Shown here: in pieces, positions 39,627-49,998 of the stretch
Layout: each line of letters opens with the position of its first letter
Numbering within the stretch: position 1 is the stretch's first letter
Assembly: GCA_051003195.1 (NCBI GenBank)
Contig: JBPCLP010000055.1
Location: 32,001 to 96,000 of the forward strand
Source of the DNA: Candidatus Sumerlaeaceae bacterium
Lineage (GTDB): Bacteria; Sumerlaeota; Sumerlaeia; Sumerlaeales; Sumerlaeaceae
Length of the DNA stretch: 64,000 nucleotides
Reading direction: 5' to 3'
The notes under the pieces: generated by a model
Database searches by the model: none
What the model saw: only the letters and a program-made list of their open reading frames with translations
What the model was told of the DNA's origin: nothing
Position numbers and translations under genes: made by a program

Positions 39627-41450
39627 ATGGCACCAGCAAATCAGCGCGTAATCGTCGTCGGCGGCGGCCTTGCCGGGCTTATGACCACCATCAAGCTTGC
39701 CGAGGCTGGCACCCCGGTCGACCTCTTTTCCATTGTCCCTGTAAAACGCAGCCACTCCGTGTGTGCGCAGGGCGGCATCAACGGTGCCAAAAATACCAAG
39801 GGCGAGGGCGACAGCCCGGAAATTCACTTCGACGACACGATCTACGGCGGCGACTTCCTGGCGAATCAGCCACCCGTTAAAGCAATGTGCTACGCAGCGC
39901 CTGGAATTATCGACCTGATGGACCGCATGGGCGTGATGTTTAACCGCACCCCCGAAGGTCTGCTGGATTTTCGGCGCTTTGGCGGCACACTCTACCACCG
40001 CACCGCATACGCCGGCGCGACCACCGGACAACAGTTGCTCTACGCTCTGGATGAGCAGGTGCGACGCCACGAAGTCGCCGGACTGGTCAAAAAATACGAG
40101 CTTTGGGAGTTCCTGCGCGTCATCAAAGATGGTGACGGCGTTTGCCGCGGTATTGTCGCAACCGATATTCGCAACCTTGAGACACAGGCTTTTCGCGCGG
40201 ATGCTGTTGTGCTGTGCACCGGCGGACCAGGTCTCGTTTTTGGTCGTTCGACCAATTCCATCATCAACACAGGCGCTGCGGGCAGCCGCGCATATCAACA
40301 GGGCTGTGTCTACGCCAACGGTGAGTTCGTGCAGGTTCATCCGACCGCTATCCCCGGGGAGGACAAGTTGCGCCTGATGAGTGAATCTGCACGCGGTGAA
40401 GGCGGACGCGTATGGGTATGGGGCGACAGCAGCAAAACCTATGAGAACCCATTCATCCGCGATGCCGGCGGCAATTTCGGAAAATTCAAATGCGGCGAAA
40501 CCGGCAAGCCCTGGTTCTTCCTCGAAGAAATGTATCCGAAATACGGAAACCTGGTGCCCCGCGACGTCGCCACCCGCGAAATTTTTATGATCTGCACCAA
40601 GATGGGCATGGGCATCGACGGAGAGAACAAGGTCTACCTGGATCTCTCACACAAAAACCCGCACGAGCTGGAGCGGAAGCTCGGCGGCATTCTCGAAATT
40701 TACGAAAAGTTTGTCGGAGTTGACCCCAAGACGCATCCCATGGAAATCTTTCCCGCTGTCCACTATTCCATGGGCGGTCTCTGGTGCGACTATAACCAGA
40801 TGACGAACATCCCTGGCCTGTACACCGCGGGCGAGGCTGACTACCAGTACCATGGCGCCAACCGCCTTGGTGCTAATTCATTAATGTCCTGTATCTTCGC
40901 TGGAATCATGCTTGGCCCGCACATCTCCGCCTACTTGAAGAATCTCAACCACACCGCGATGGAAATGGACAGCAGCCTTTTCGATCGGGAACGTCAGGTT
41001 GAAGTGGATGACCTCAACGCCATCATCGCGATGAACGGCAAGGAGAACGCCTTCACGATGTGGCGCGAAATGGGTGAGCTCATGACTCGCAACGTGACCA
41101 TCGTTCGATACAATAAAGAGCTCGAAGCTACCGACGCAAAGCTCCAGGAATTCCAGCAGCGCTGGAACAACATCGATGTCAGCGATACCACCCGCACCTA
41201 TAACACCACGGTTCTTTTCGCCAAGCAGTTCCGCGATATGCTTCACCTTGCCCGCGCCATTACCGTGGGAGCACTCGCCCGAAATGAGAGCCGCGGCGCC
41301 CACTACAAACCGGATTTTCCTAACCGCGACGACGCCAATTGGATGAAAACGACAATGGCAAGCTACACCCCCGCCGGACCGCAACTCGACTACGAGCCTG
41401 TCGACATTGGCCTCATCACCCCCCGCGCGCGCAAATACGCCAGCGCGTAA
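39627..41450 (+). CDS. sdhA: succinate dehydrogenase flavoprotein (Bacillus-type)
   Basis: GGGLAG, RSHSVCAQGG (covalent FAD His), HGANRLGANS, ESRGAH. Confidence 0.95.
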   Translation: MAPANQRVIVVGGGLAGLMTTIKLAEAGTPVDLFSIVPVKRSHSVCAQGGINGAKNTKGEGDSPEIHFDDTIYGGDFLANQPPVKAMCYAAPGIIDLMDRMGVMFNRTPEGLLDFRRFGGTLYHRTAYAGATTGQQLLYALDEQVRRHEVAGLVKKYELWEFLRVIKDGDGVCRGIVATDIRNLETQAFRADAVVLCTGGPGLVFGRSTNSIINTGAAGSRAYQQGCVYANGEFVQVHPTAIPGEDKLRLMSESARGEGGRVWVWGDSSKTYENPFIRDAGGNFGKFKCGETGKPWFFLEEMYPKYGNLVPRDVATREIFMICTKMGMGIDGENKVYLDLSHKNPHELERKLGGILEIYEKFVGVDPKTHPMEIFPAVHYSMGGLWCDYNQMTNIPGLYTAGEADYQYHGANRLGANSLMSCIFAGIMLGPHISAYLKNLNHTAMEMDSSLFDRERQVEVDDLNAIIAMNGKENAFTMWREMGELMTRNVTIVRYNKELEATDAKLQEFQQRWNNIDVSDTTRTYNTTVLFAKQFRDMLHLARAITVGALARNESRGAHYKPDFPNRDDANWMKTTMASYTPAGPQLDYEPVDIGLITPRARKYASA

Positions 41451-41500
41451 GGCAAAATTACGGAGGGCGGCACTACATGAATCGGTTACCCGCTCCATTG

Positions 41501-41514
41501 TATGGGTACCCATA
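41501..41514. promoter_or_regulatory. candidate VapBC operator
   Basis: perfect 14-bp palindrome TATGGGTACCCATA abutting the antitoxin ATG. Confidence 0.6.
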
Positions 41515-41765
41515 TGAAGACTACCATAGATATTGCTGATCCCCTTTTCAAAGAGGCTCAGCAAATTGCCGCAACAGAGGGCATCACGTTTCGCGCGCTT
41601 GTGGAACAAAGTCTTCGCTCCGCCATCCGGCAAAGACACGGGACGCCCAAGGCGCCATTTAAAATGCGAGATGCCAGCTTTAAAGGCGAGGGTATAAATA
41701 AGGAATTCGAAAATGCCACCTGGCCGGTGATTCGAAACCTGATCTATGGATTACCGCCTGATTGA
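41514..41765 (+). CDS. vapB: VapB-type antitoxin (RHH/DUF2191-like)
   Basis: MKTTIDIADPLF; overlaps toxin start (TTGA). Confidence 0.85.
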   Translation: MKTTIDIADPLFKEAQQIAATEGITFRALVEQSLRSAIRQRHGTPKAPFKMRDASFKGEGINKEFENATWPVIRNLIYGLPPD

Positions 41766-42199
41766 TTGCGGTAGATACCAACTTGTTGGTCTATGCACAT
41801 CGTGCTGACTCGCCGTGGCACGACAAAGCGTACGAACTCGTGAGGAGTTTGGTGGAATCAGGAAGAGCATGGGCAGTGCCTTGGCATTGCCTTTTTGAAT
41901 TCTTAGCAGTAGTCACGCATTTACGCGTGTACAAGCCAGCAACTCCACTTCAACAGGCGCTCGAGCAAATTCGAGTTTGGAAAGAATCGCCAACCCTCGT
42001 ACTTCTGGGTGAAAATGAATCCATGCTGATTCAATTCGCCACCCTCGCGCAGAACGCACAATGTAGCGGCGGCATGATTTACGACGCGCGGATTGCGTCC
42101 CTGTGTATTGCACATGGTGTCAGTGAACTCTGGACCGCCGACCGGGATTTCAGCCGCTTCCCCAAGCTGAAAACACGCAACCCGCTGATAGTTTCCTGA
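41762..42199 (+). CDS. vapC: VapC PIN-domain toxin
   Basis: IAVDTNLLVYA, EF, YDARIA, TADRDF acidic PIN residues. Confidence 0.92.
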   Translation: MIAVDTNLLVYAHRADSPWHDKAYELVRSLVESGRAWAVPWHCLFEFLAVVTHLRVYKPATPLQQALEQIRVWKESPTLVLLGENESMLIQFATLAQNAQCSGGMIYDARIASLCIAHGVSELWTADRDFSRFPKLKTRNPLIVS

Positions 42200-42262
42200 C
42201 GGACCAAACCATCGGCGGCGGTGGCTGGTCTGATCTGGACTAAGAGCGGCAAAGGTTGAACA

Positions 42263-42595
42263 ATGGACAAAAACATTTTGTGCGGAGTTGTTATTTGGAC
42301 GTGTTCAGTGGCGTTGGGAGCACAACCTGAGGAAATTGGGTTGTCCCAACGCCGTGCGGCTGTGGGCACAACCGAAACAACCACGCTGACCACGGGCTCA
42401 ATTCCGCTGGCGATAATCCCTGTTTTTCCACAAGTGCGGCGATCGCGACGGCAGCCCGGGGTTTTTGTAGATCCCGGCACGACGGGGTCGCGCACGATTA
42501 TTATTACGCCGTCTCCTGGCCAGCGCCCGCAATATAACCCCGAACTGGATCAGGACGGATATCCCAAACCACACATCCGGCTACTGGATAAATGA
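42263..42595 (+). CDS. hypothetical secreted protein
   Basis: AAAGG RBS; signal peptide-like N-terminus. Confidence 0.5.
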   Translation: MDKNILCGVVIWTCSVALGAQPEEIGLSQRRAAVGTTETTTLTTGSIPLAIIPVFPQVRRSRRQPGVFVDPGTTGSRTIIITPSPGQRPQYNPELDQDGYPKPHIRLLDK

Positions 42596-42738
42596 CAAGC
42601 GCGCAGATCAGGCATTTGCCTGCCTTCTTTTAAGCTGGTTGACGACTATCACCCACACAATTTGCGCTCTCAATCCACTGGATGAACTAATCGCGCTTTT
42701 CGCCGGTGTCGTAAAGGACCCTTCCCAGCGCTAATAAC

Positions 42739-43869
42739 TCAGCCCCCGGCTACGACCTTGCGGTAAACTTCCAGCGTTTGCGCGGCGGCCCTCCCCCACG
42801 AAAACTTTGACGCCTGCTCCATTCCCTTCTGGCGCAAGTCTGCAGCAAATTCTGGATCGGCAAGCACGCCCCGCATCGCGCCGGCAATTTCATCTACCTT
42901 CACCGGATTGACCTTCACCGCCGCAGCGCCAACCACCTCAGGAATGGATGAGGTGTTGGAAGTGATGACAGGTGCACCGCATGCCATCGCTTCCAGCGGC
43001 GGCAGGCCAAATCCCTCATACAGGGACGGATAAACGAAAGCATCGCAAAAATTAAAAAGCTCAACTACAGCATCGTCCGGCATATGTCCTGTAATATGAA
43101 TGCGTTCCTTCGCTGCGGCGTTTTCTGCAGCCGCCAGGATACCCTCGTACAGCCAGCCTTTGTCCCCTGCCAGCACAAGCTGGTGATCCGGAAACTCTCG
43201 TGCGATCTGATCAAACGCTCGCACGATCCGCTCCACGTTCTTGCCAGGCTCCAAAGTACCAACGTACAATAGATACGGCATGCTTGCGAGCCCCAGCCTG
43301 GCGAGAATCGTCTGCTCGCGCGGGTTGTCTATGCGACGAAATCGGGCGTGCGCAGCCTCGGGAATGACGTGCGTCTTCCTCTCCGCGCCAGGAAAGAAGC
43401 GTGCGATGTCACGCCGGCTGTTCTCGCTGACCGTGATAATTGCGTCCGCCAGCTTCACACTGCGCGTAGTCATGGCGTACCAGTAGTGTCGGCGAACCGG
43501 CGGGCAGCGCTCCGGCTGCACATAATAGGAAAGATCATGGATGGTAACCACATACGGACAGACTTTGCGGAGAGGCAGAAAGTTCGACATCCCATGAAAT
43601 ACGTCGAACCCATGCCGCTTCAGCTCTCCCGGCAGCAGGGTATACTCATGAAGCAGCCGCAACGTGCGCGCCTGCTGCGGCAGTCCCCATGTCACCGGGT
43701 TAAGGTTAGGTGCAGGGATCGAATAGTTCGACACGTTTTCCTGCGTGCAGAGAATCGTGAACTTGTCCTGCGGTGCAAGAGGGAGCATCGCCTCAGTAAG
43801 TGCGTGGATGTACTGGCCCACTCCGCTTTTTGCGGCACGCACCTGCAAAGCATTCAACCCAATCTTCAC
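42739..43869 (-). CDS. glycosyltransferase family 4
   Basis: VTIHDL, GTLEPGKN, YEGFGLPPLEAMACG; GTG start inferred. Confidence 0.92.
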   Translation of the reverse strand: MKIGLNALQVRAAKSGVGQYIHALTEAMLPLAPQDKFTILCTQENVSNYSIPAPNLNPVTWGLPQQARTLRLLHEYTLLPGELKRHGFDVFHGMSNFLPLRKVCPYVVTIHDLSYYVQPERCPPVRRHYWYAMTTRSVKLADAIITVSENSRRDIARFFPGAERKTHVIPEAAHARFRRIDNPREQTILARLGLASMPYLLYVGTLEPGKNVERIVRAFDQIAREFPDHQLVLAGDKGWLYEGILAAAENAAAKERIHITGHMPDDAVVELFNFCDAFVYPSLYEGFGLPPLEAMACGAPVITSNTSSIPEVVGAAAVKVNPVKVDEIAGAMRGVLADPEFAADLRQKGMEQASKFSWGRAAAQTLEVYRKVVAGG

Positions 43870-43959
43870 GGCGCCAGCTTTGCAGTAAGTCCTGCTCGCG
43901 CAAATAGAAAACATCACTCCGCTGTTGCATCTGGGCCGGCGGGCTCGTGCGATTCCCCC

Positions 43960-44463
43960 ATGCCATTCCAAACAGTGCTGAAGTCCAACTCGCCCGCCGA
44001 AACTGCGAGCATCGCTGCGGCATTGGCCAGCGTGCTGAGGGGCGGCGAGTACATATCACTGGAGGGCGATCTCGGCGCCGGGAAAACGCTTTTCGCCGGT
44101 GCATTAATTCATGCACTTGGCGTGACGATACACGTTACCAGCCCTACCTTTGTACTGCAGAAGGAATATGAAACGCCCGGCGGCCTGCCGGTGAGCTCAA
44201 TTCTTCACTATGACTTCTACCGGATTCAGACCTATGCAGAGTTGCTGGATCTTGGATTTGAGGACACACCGGACCATGCCGTTGTCGTTGCCGAATGGGG
44301 CGACAAATTCGTCAGCAATTTCCCCGGCAATGTCATTCGGGTACTCATTGCCGGCTGCGGGGAAGACACGCGTACTCTCGTTTTGCACCTTTCCGGTGCG
44401 TCCCAAAATGCGCAATTCGCGCAGGCTTTAAAGAGCGTGCAAATACGGCAGCAAGAGCCTTGA
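43960..44463 (+). CDS. tsaE: tRNA t6A biosynthesis ATPase
   Basis: GDLGAGKT, VTSPTF, HYDFYR, EW. Confidence 0.93.
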   Translation: MPFQTVLKSNSPAETASIAAALASVLRGGEYISLEGDLGAGKTLFAGALIHALGVTIHVTSPTFVLQKEYETPGGLPVSSILHYDFYRIQTYAELLDLGFEDTPDHAVVVAEWGDKFVSNFPGNVIRVLIAGCGEDTRTLVLHLSGASQNAQFAQALKSVQIRQQEP

Positions 44464-44487
44464 CGGCGGATGCCGTCCAGCTGAAAT

Positions 44488-45705
44488 ATGCCAGCCATGC
44501 GTAGGTTGCGCCTCGTGCCGCTTCTGGCCTTCATTTTAATCTCTTATGGTTTAATTTGGTACCGTACATCTGCCCATGGCATGGATAGCCTTAGTGTGCT
44601 CGCAATCGTAGGGATGTTTAGTTGGTTTGTATCCGTATACGAATGGCGCCGCAGCGGAGCAAAGCCGGTACTGGCTTGCGTCGTTGCCTACGCATGGATT
44701 GTCGCAAGTACCAGCACTCCAGACACGCGCGACTTCAACACCCTCATAAGTCAGCTCCTGATAATTTCGCTCCCCGTACTGGCAGTTCTTGTTCTACCGC
44801 AGCGCGCTCTCAATAGCCATCGACTGCTGACAGCGATATTCGCGAGCATGCTGGCGATCGCTCTCCACATTGCGCTTCTCTCCACATTGCGGAAAGTGCT
44901 GGGTACGCCTCCGTTCGAGTTGCTGATCTTCTCGGCTCCCGGTGTCGGGCTTAGTATCCTCCTCGTATTCGCCTGGAGACAAAAATCCATCCTGGCAATC
45001 TCAACCTCGGCAGCGCTGCTGATCTGGTTCGCGCTTTGGCTGCTTACCCGTATGCTTGGGGTGGAGTTTTGGATGCAGAACTCGCTTATTGTCGCGTTGC
45101 TCATTGGGCCGCTCGCAATTTTGCTCCTTGAGCCATCTCCTTCCAGGCGCGTAACCGACCGGGCAGTTACATTCCTGGCACAAACCGACGACGCCAATCT
45201 TCGCGACGCACTCACCGGCGCCTTCAATCGCCGTGCCCTTGATACTGAAGGCATGCGATTGTTTAAGCAAACGTTGAAATCCGATCGCCCGATTTCCGTT
45301 CTTATGCTCGACATCGATCACTTCAAGCCGGTGAATGACCTTTATGGCCATGCAGTCGGCGATGCTGTGCTGGCTAAATTTTCTCAGGTGATCTCTACGC
45401 AGGTTCGCGGCACCGATATGGTCTCGCGTTACGGCGGAGAAGAATTTGTAGTGCTGCTGCCGGGCGCCCCCCTTGCCCCGGCAATGCGCCTCGCGGAACA
45501 AATGCGGGATGCCGTTCAACAAAATGAAATTGCGCACGGCGAGCGGACATTAAAGATCACGACGAGCGTAGGCGTTACCTCTACATTTCCCGGAGATAAC
45601 AGCGACTTTGCCCAGACGATCGCGCGAGCAGACCGCAACCTCTATCGCGCTAAACACAATGGCCGCAACCGGGTCATGGCAGATCCACTGCCCGGCGAAC
45701 TATAA
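44488..45705 (+). CDS. membrane-bound diguanylate cyclase
   Basis: multi-TM N-terminus; DIDHFK, RGTD I-site, GGEEF. Confidence 0.92.
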   Translation: MPAMRRLRLVPLLAFILISYGLIWYRTSAHGMDSLSVLAIVGMFSWFVSVYEWRRSGAKPVLACVVAYAWIVASTSTPDTRDFNTLISQLLIISLPVLAVLVLPQRALNSHRLLTAIFASMLAIALHIALLSTLRKVLGTPPFELLIFSAPGVGLSILLVFAWRQKSILAISTSAALLIWFALWLLTRMLGVEFWMQNSLIVALLIGPLAILLLEPSPSRRVTDRAVTFLAQTDDANLRDALTGAFNRRALDTEGMRLFKQTLKSDRPISVLMLDIDHFKPVNDLYGHAVGDAVLAKFSQVISTQVRGTDMVSRYGGEEFVVLLPGAPLAPAMRLAEQMRDAVQQNEIAHGERTLKITTSVGVTSTFPGDNSDFAQTIARADRNLYRAKHNGRNRVMADPLPGEL

Positions 45706-45723
45706 TCCGCGCCTTTCTTTAAC

Positions 45724-46713
45724 TCATCCTCGGTAGCCATCGGGGTTCTTCTGCATCCAGTTCCATGCAGATTCGATAATATCGTTCAGTTGAGGATATT
45801 TAGGCTGCCATCCAAGCTCGCGGCGAATTTTTTCGGACGACGCAACGAGCATGTTCGGGTCACCGGTGCGGCGCGCACCTGTCCGATACGGGACCGATTT
45901 GCCAGCGACGCGCTCCGCCGCCGCTATTACTTCCCGCACAGTAAATCCCTGTCCATTACCTAAATTAAACTTTTCGCTTCGGCCACCCTCCAGCAGGTGG
46001 CGAAGCGCGAGAATGTGCGCGCCAGCCAGGTCCGAGACATGTACATAATCGCGCACACACGTCCCATCCCTGGTCGGGTAATTGTCTCCAAAAATCGTAA
46101 TTGCTTCGCCCATGCCGCGCGCGGCTTGCAATATCAACGGGATGAGGTGCGTCTCGGGTCGGTGATCCTCACCGCAGTTCTCCGTCGCGCCCGCGGCGTT
46201 AAAGTAGCGCAGACATACGCTTCGCAGGCCGTATGCCGCTTCGCACTCATCCAGCAGGTGCTCAAACACGAGCTTTGTACGGCCATAGGGGTTGGCCGGA
46301 GCTTTTAGATCGTCTTCGCAGATAGGCTGCTTTGCTGCATCGCCGAAAATAGCCGCAGTCGACGAGAAGACAATGTTCTGCACCCCGTTCGCTCTCATCG
46401 CCTGGAGCAGGTTCGCTCCGTTCGCGATATTATTCTGGTAATAATCCAGCGGCGCCTGGACCGATTCGCCTACGATCGAGCTGGCACTGAAGTGCATCAC
46501 CGCTTCGAACCGCCGGGTCGCTAGCAGCGTCTCCAACATTTTGTTATCACAGAGATCGCCAACCACCAGTTCAGCGCCATCTACAACCGCATGCCGATGC
46601 CCCCGCGACAGGTTGTCTAAGACAACAACAGAATGGCCCGCGGCGACAAGATGCTCAACCGTCACACTGCCGATATATCCTGCGCCACCCACCACCAGAA
46701 CCGATTGCGTCAT
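45724..46713 (-). CDS. galE: UDP-glucose 4-epimerase
   Basis: GGAGYIGS, YGRTK, LRYFNAAGA, DGTCVRDYVHV. Confidence 0.95.
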   Translation of the reverse strand: MTQSVLVVGGAGYIGSVTVEHLVAAGHSVVVLDNLSRGHRHAVVDGAELVVGDLCDNKMLETLLATRRFEAVMHFSASSIVGESVQAPLDYYQNNIANGANLLQAMRANGVQNIVFSSTAAIFGDAAKQPICEDDLKAPANPYGRTKLVFEHLLDECEAAYGLRSVCLRYFNAAGATENCGEDHRPETHLIPLILQAARGMGEAITIFGDNYPTRDGTCVRDYVHVSDLAGAHILALRHLLEGGRSEKFNLGNGQGFTVREVIAAAERVAGKSVPYRTGARRTGDPNMLVASSEKIRRELGWQPKYPQLNDIIESAWNWMQKNPDGYRG

Positions 46714-46786
46714 GAAGCTCCACTGCTGCACAGAGATTTGCAGCAGTAGGCGGATGCACGGAGGATGACTGCAAGTACATAACAAT

Positions 46787-46830
46787 CTTGGGGTTTCACC
46801 CCGGGCTCTGTTACATCGCCGCGTTGCGGC
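46787..46830 (-). repeat. REP-like palindromic element
   Basis: minus strand GCCGCAACGCGGC-GATGTAACAGAGCCCGGGGTGAAACCCC; same layout as 51167..51276. Confidence 0.5.
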
Positions 46831-46857
46831 CGAACAACGAACTACAGCAGTTTTGAG

Positions 46858-47640
46858 TTACACGCGCCCCAATAACTCCGCCATCGCGACGTTTACTGCA
46901 CCGGGATTTTCGAGAGGCGAAAGGTGCCCCGCCTTTGGGACCGTCTCCAGTCGCGCGCCACGAATCCCCTCCGCAATCACGTGCGCCATACCCACCGGCG
47001 TTACCTTATCATCCTCGCCCACAACCACCAGCGTCGGAACACTCACCGTACCCAACGTCGAAATGCTGTCCGGCCGATCCGCCAGCATCTGGATCGTTCG
47101 TACCACAGCTCCCGCCGTCGCCCCGGCTGCCCAACCCTTCACTTCGTCCACAAGCGCCCTGTTCTGTTCGCGAGTATGCGGCGACATTTGGTTCTCCTCC
47201 ACGAACCCGGGCAGGAATCCAGTGCCTTTCTGCTGGACAATCCTGATCTGCTGCATCCGTTTTTCGCGTCCCGCCTCATCGTCGGCATCCGCGCGCGTAT
47301 CGCACAAAATCATTGCCGCAAACCGCTCCGGCGCGCGGCGCCACAACTCGAATATGGTGTACCCACCCATCGAGCAACCCGCTATCACCGCCTTCTGAAT
47401 TCCCAGCCCATCCAGCGTCTCCAGCACATCCTGCGCATACACGCTCATGGAAAACGGATCGTTGCCGTAGTCCGTCGACTTTCCGTAGCCGCGGAAATCC
47501 AGCGCCGCGACGCGCCGCGAACCCGAAAAGTGCTCGACCTGGCTGCGCCACATCCGCGAATCCAGCGGATAAGCGTGCAGCAGCACCAGCGGTGCGCCCG
47601 TGCTGCTCGCAGGTCCTTTGCACACGCATGATAATTTCAT
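46858..47640 (-). CDS. alpha/beta hydrolase
   Basis: LLHAYP, DFRGYG, GCSMGG, GEDD, AGHL. Confidence 0.9.
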   Translation of the reverse strand: MKLSCVCKGPASSTGAPLVLLHAYPLDSRMWRSQVEHFSGSRRVAALDFRGYGKSTDYGNDPFSMSVYAQDVLETLDGLGIQKAVIAGCSMGGYTIFELWRRAPERFAAMILCDTRADADDEAGREKRMQQIRIVQQKGTGFLPGFVEENQMSPHTREQNRALVDEVKGWAAGATAGAVVRTIQMLADRPDSISTLGTVSVPTLVVVGEDDKVTPVGMAHVIAEGIRGARLETVPKAGHLSPLENPGAVNVAMAELLGRV

Positions 47641-47741
47641 ATTGCTCCCTCTCGCATAGGAATTCACAAGCAACCGATCCAAACGAAGTTCGAGCGTTGC
47701 AGGTTTGCAAGCGAGAGAGAGACACAATGGACGAGGCAAGC

Positions 47742-48845
47742 ATGATGCCGGCGGTGCACGTGGAGCTTGGCGACCGCAGCTATGACATCCAGTTCTATCG
47801 CGGTAACGTGGACCAAATGGCACGGGACATTGTGCCGTTCTGTCCCGAGCGCGCTTTAGTTGTGAGCAACGAACCGGTCTGGCAAGCGCACGGCGCGCCA
47901 ATGGTGGCCGCCCTTCGTCAAGCCGGCATTCCCACAACAGTGCATCTCATGGGCGACGGCGAGCGGCACAAGAACCTCGAATCCATCACGCGCATGTACG
48001 ACCAGCTCATCGCCGAGCGCTACTCCCGAAAAGGTACTGTCATTGCATTTGGCGGAGGCGTTGTGGGTGATGCGGCGGGATTTGCGGCCGCCAGTTTTCT
48101 GCGCGGCGTGAACTTTGTGCAGATCCCCACGACCGTCGTCTCAATGGTCGACAGCTCCGTCGGCGGCAAGACCGGCGTTGATCATCCTTTAGGCAAAAAT
48201 CTGATCGGCGCCTTTTACCAGCCAAAGCTCGTTTGCGTAAACACCGCCTACCTCCAAACTCTCGACGACTTTAATATCCGCGGCGGGTTCGCCGAGGTCA
48301 TCAAGTACGGCATCATTTACGACGCCGCGTTCTTCGACTACCTGGAGAAAAACATCGACGGCGCGATCGCACTTGAACCCGAGGCCATGCTACACGTCAT
48401 CCGCAATTCGTGCCGAATCAAAGCCGAAGTTGTAAGCGCCGACGAGCACGAAGGTGGCCTGCGCGCGATCCTGAACTATGGCCACACCTTTGGCCATGCC
48501 ATTGAGAGCCTTGGCGAATATCGGGAGCGGCAATGGCATGGCCAGGCGATTGCCATCGGCATGTGTTGTGCCGCAGATATGTCAGTCGACCTCGGGCTAT
48601 GCACCACTGACGAAGCACAACGCACCGACACGCTCATTTCCCGCGCCGGGCTGCCCACACGCATTCCTGCGGACATTCGCGCGAGCGAAATCTACGAACG
48701 GATGTTCAGTGATAAAAAAGTGGCGGGTGGAAAACTGCGGTTCGTGCTGATGAACCGGATCGGCCATGTTCAAATCAGTGCTGACGTCACACAGCAGCAC
48801 GTGATGAGCGTATTAGTGCGCCGGGGCGCCGGAGTAAGCGCGTAA
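47742..48845 (+). CDS. aroB: 3-dehydroquinate synthase
   Basis: GGGVVGD, DSSVGGKTG, LNYGHTFGHAIE, DKK. Confidence 0.95.
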   Translation: MMPAVHVELGDRSYDIQFYRGNVDQMARDIVPFCPERALVVSNEPVWQAHGAPMVAALRQAGIPTTVHLMGDGERHKNLESITRMYDQLIAERYSRKGTVIAFGGGVVGDAAGFAAASFLRGVNFVQIPTTVVSMVDSSVGGKTGVDHPLGKNLIGAFYQPKLVCVNTAYLQTLDDFNIRGGFAEVIKYGIIYDAAFFDYLEKNIDGAIALEPEAMLHVIRNSCRIKAEVVSADEHEGGLRAILNYGHTFGHAIESLGEYRERQWHGQAIAIGMCCAADMSVDLGLCTTDEAQRTDTLISRAGLPTRIPADIRASEIYERMFSDKKVAGGKLRFVLMNRIGHVQISADVTQQHVMSVLVRRGAGVSA

Positions 48846-48854
48846 GCAAACATC

Positions 48855-48883
48855 AAAAAAAAAGAGGAGCCTTTCGGCTCCTC
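48855..48883 (-). terminator. intrinsic terminator of the SpoIID-like gene
   Basis: GAGGAGCC/GGCTCCTC stem, T9 on the minus strand. Confidence 0.8.
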
Positions 48884-48906
48884 GTCTATGTAGTTACAGA
48901 CCTTGG

Positions 48907-49998
48907 TTACTTCGTGTATTTTATCGCGTCCGCCAGTACGATATACCCCGTCGTTGTCCAGCACGAGAGCTTCGTGACTGCACTGGTTCCAGCTGTAAGC
49001 GAAGAAGTTCCCAGCAGGTTCCATACACCACCGCCCGCTTGCTGATTTTTGCTTACAGACGTGCCATTAGGCAGGATATACGGAGCCGTCGCAGAACGGT
49101 TCGAGCCCTGGCTCCACCACGCCGAGACGTTGTACGTGCCGGAGCTCGAGATACTCGCACTCCATTGCGCCGCGTCGCTTACAGCAGCCGTGCTCCGGTA
49201 ACGATAATCCGTTCCGTACTTATCGGCGGCCGACGTTCCGGTTGACCAGTTGGAAGAGGCGCTGAATCCTGCGCTGGAGTTGTCGATCGTGATCGTAACT
49301 CCGGTACCGCCGCTCGTAAGGGTCTGACGCGTGAAAGGATAGGCTGCGTAATAGTGGTCAACAATCCAGGCGTATCCCATGCCACGATTTAGCGCCCAGC
49401 GCTGCGAGCCCCACTGGCACATGCCCCGGCCATGGCCGTTCTGCGTGTATCCGCAGCACACCGAATCCGACAGGCACACTCCGTCGCTGGGTTTGTTTGA
49501 TGTGTAGCAGTTACCGCAGCCATCGCGGCCGGCACTGTCGTTGTTCTCGGCCGAGTACTCCGCCCGTGCGATGTTTCCGTTCACGTCTACCAGGTAAACG
49601 CCTGCGGTGGCATCCACCGCTGCGTCGGTGCTGGCGTACTGCGTGGTCGAGTATACCTGGCAGCATGTCGTGTCGCAGATATCATAACTGGATGAGATCG
49701 GATGATATACGTAATACGCGCCGTAACTGCGGATGGCAATTGCACCCGCCTTCAGGCTCTCTGTGTGCCAGCTTGTAATCCACTCCTGCGGTAGCACACG
49801 TTTCGTGTAAGTTTCCATGCTGACCGTAACCACGGTCGAACAGGAATTACACGAGCAACTGCGGCCAACACGGATGCTGCTCGGTGCCGCTTGAGCAGCA
49901 TAGGCCGAAGAAGTGATGGAAGGCGCCAGCCCCAATACGACTGTGGCAGCAACGGCGACCGAAAGGATACGGCGCAACGAAAGATGATGAACGAGCAT
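48907..49998 (-). CDS. secreted SpoIID/LytB-domain protein with golvesin-like C-terminal domain
   Basis: ESLKAGAIAIRSY, CDTTCCQVY, GHGRGMCQWG; IDNSSAGF...KYGTDY...ADAIK. Confidence 0.82.
   Translation of the reverse strand: MLVHHLSLRRILSVAVAATVVLGLAPSITSSAYAAQAAPSSIRVGRSCSCNSCSTVVTVSMETYTKRVLPQEWITSWHTESLKAGAIAIRSYGAYYVYHPISSSYDICDTTCCQVYSTTQYASTDAAVDATAGVYLVDVNGNIARAEYSAENNDSAGRDGCGNCYTSNKPSDGVCLSDSVCCGYTQNGHGRGMCQWGSQRWALNRGMGYAWIVDHYYAAYPFTRQTLTSGGTGVTITIDNSSAGFSASSNWSTGTSAADKYGTDYRYRSTAAVSDAAQWSASISSSGTYNVSAWWSQGSNRSATAPYILPNGTSVSKNQQAGGGVWNLLGTSSLTAGTSAVTKLSCWTTTGYIVLADAIKYTK

Noticed and set aside
43348..43959. Long N-terminal extensions on tsaE, and likewise on aroB, the GT2, the hydrolase and hisC
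   Set aside because: They overlap divergent genes or intergenic DNA. Downstream starts give canonical protein lengths.
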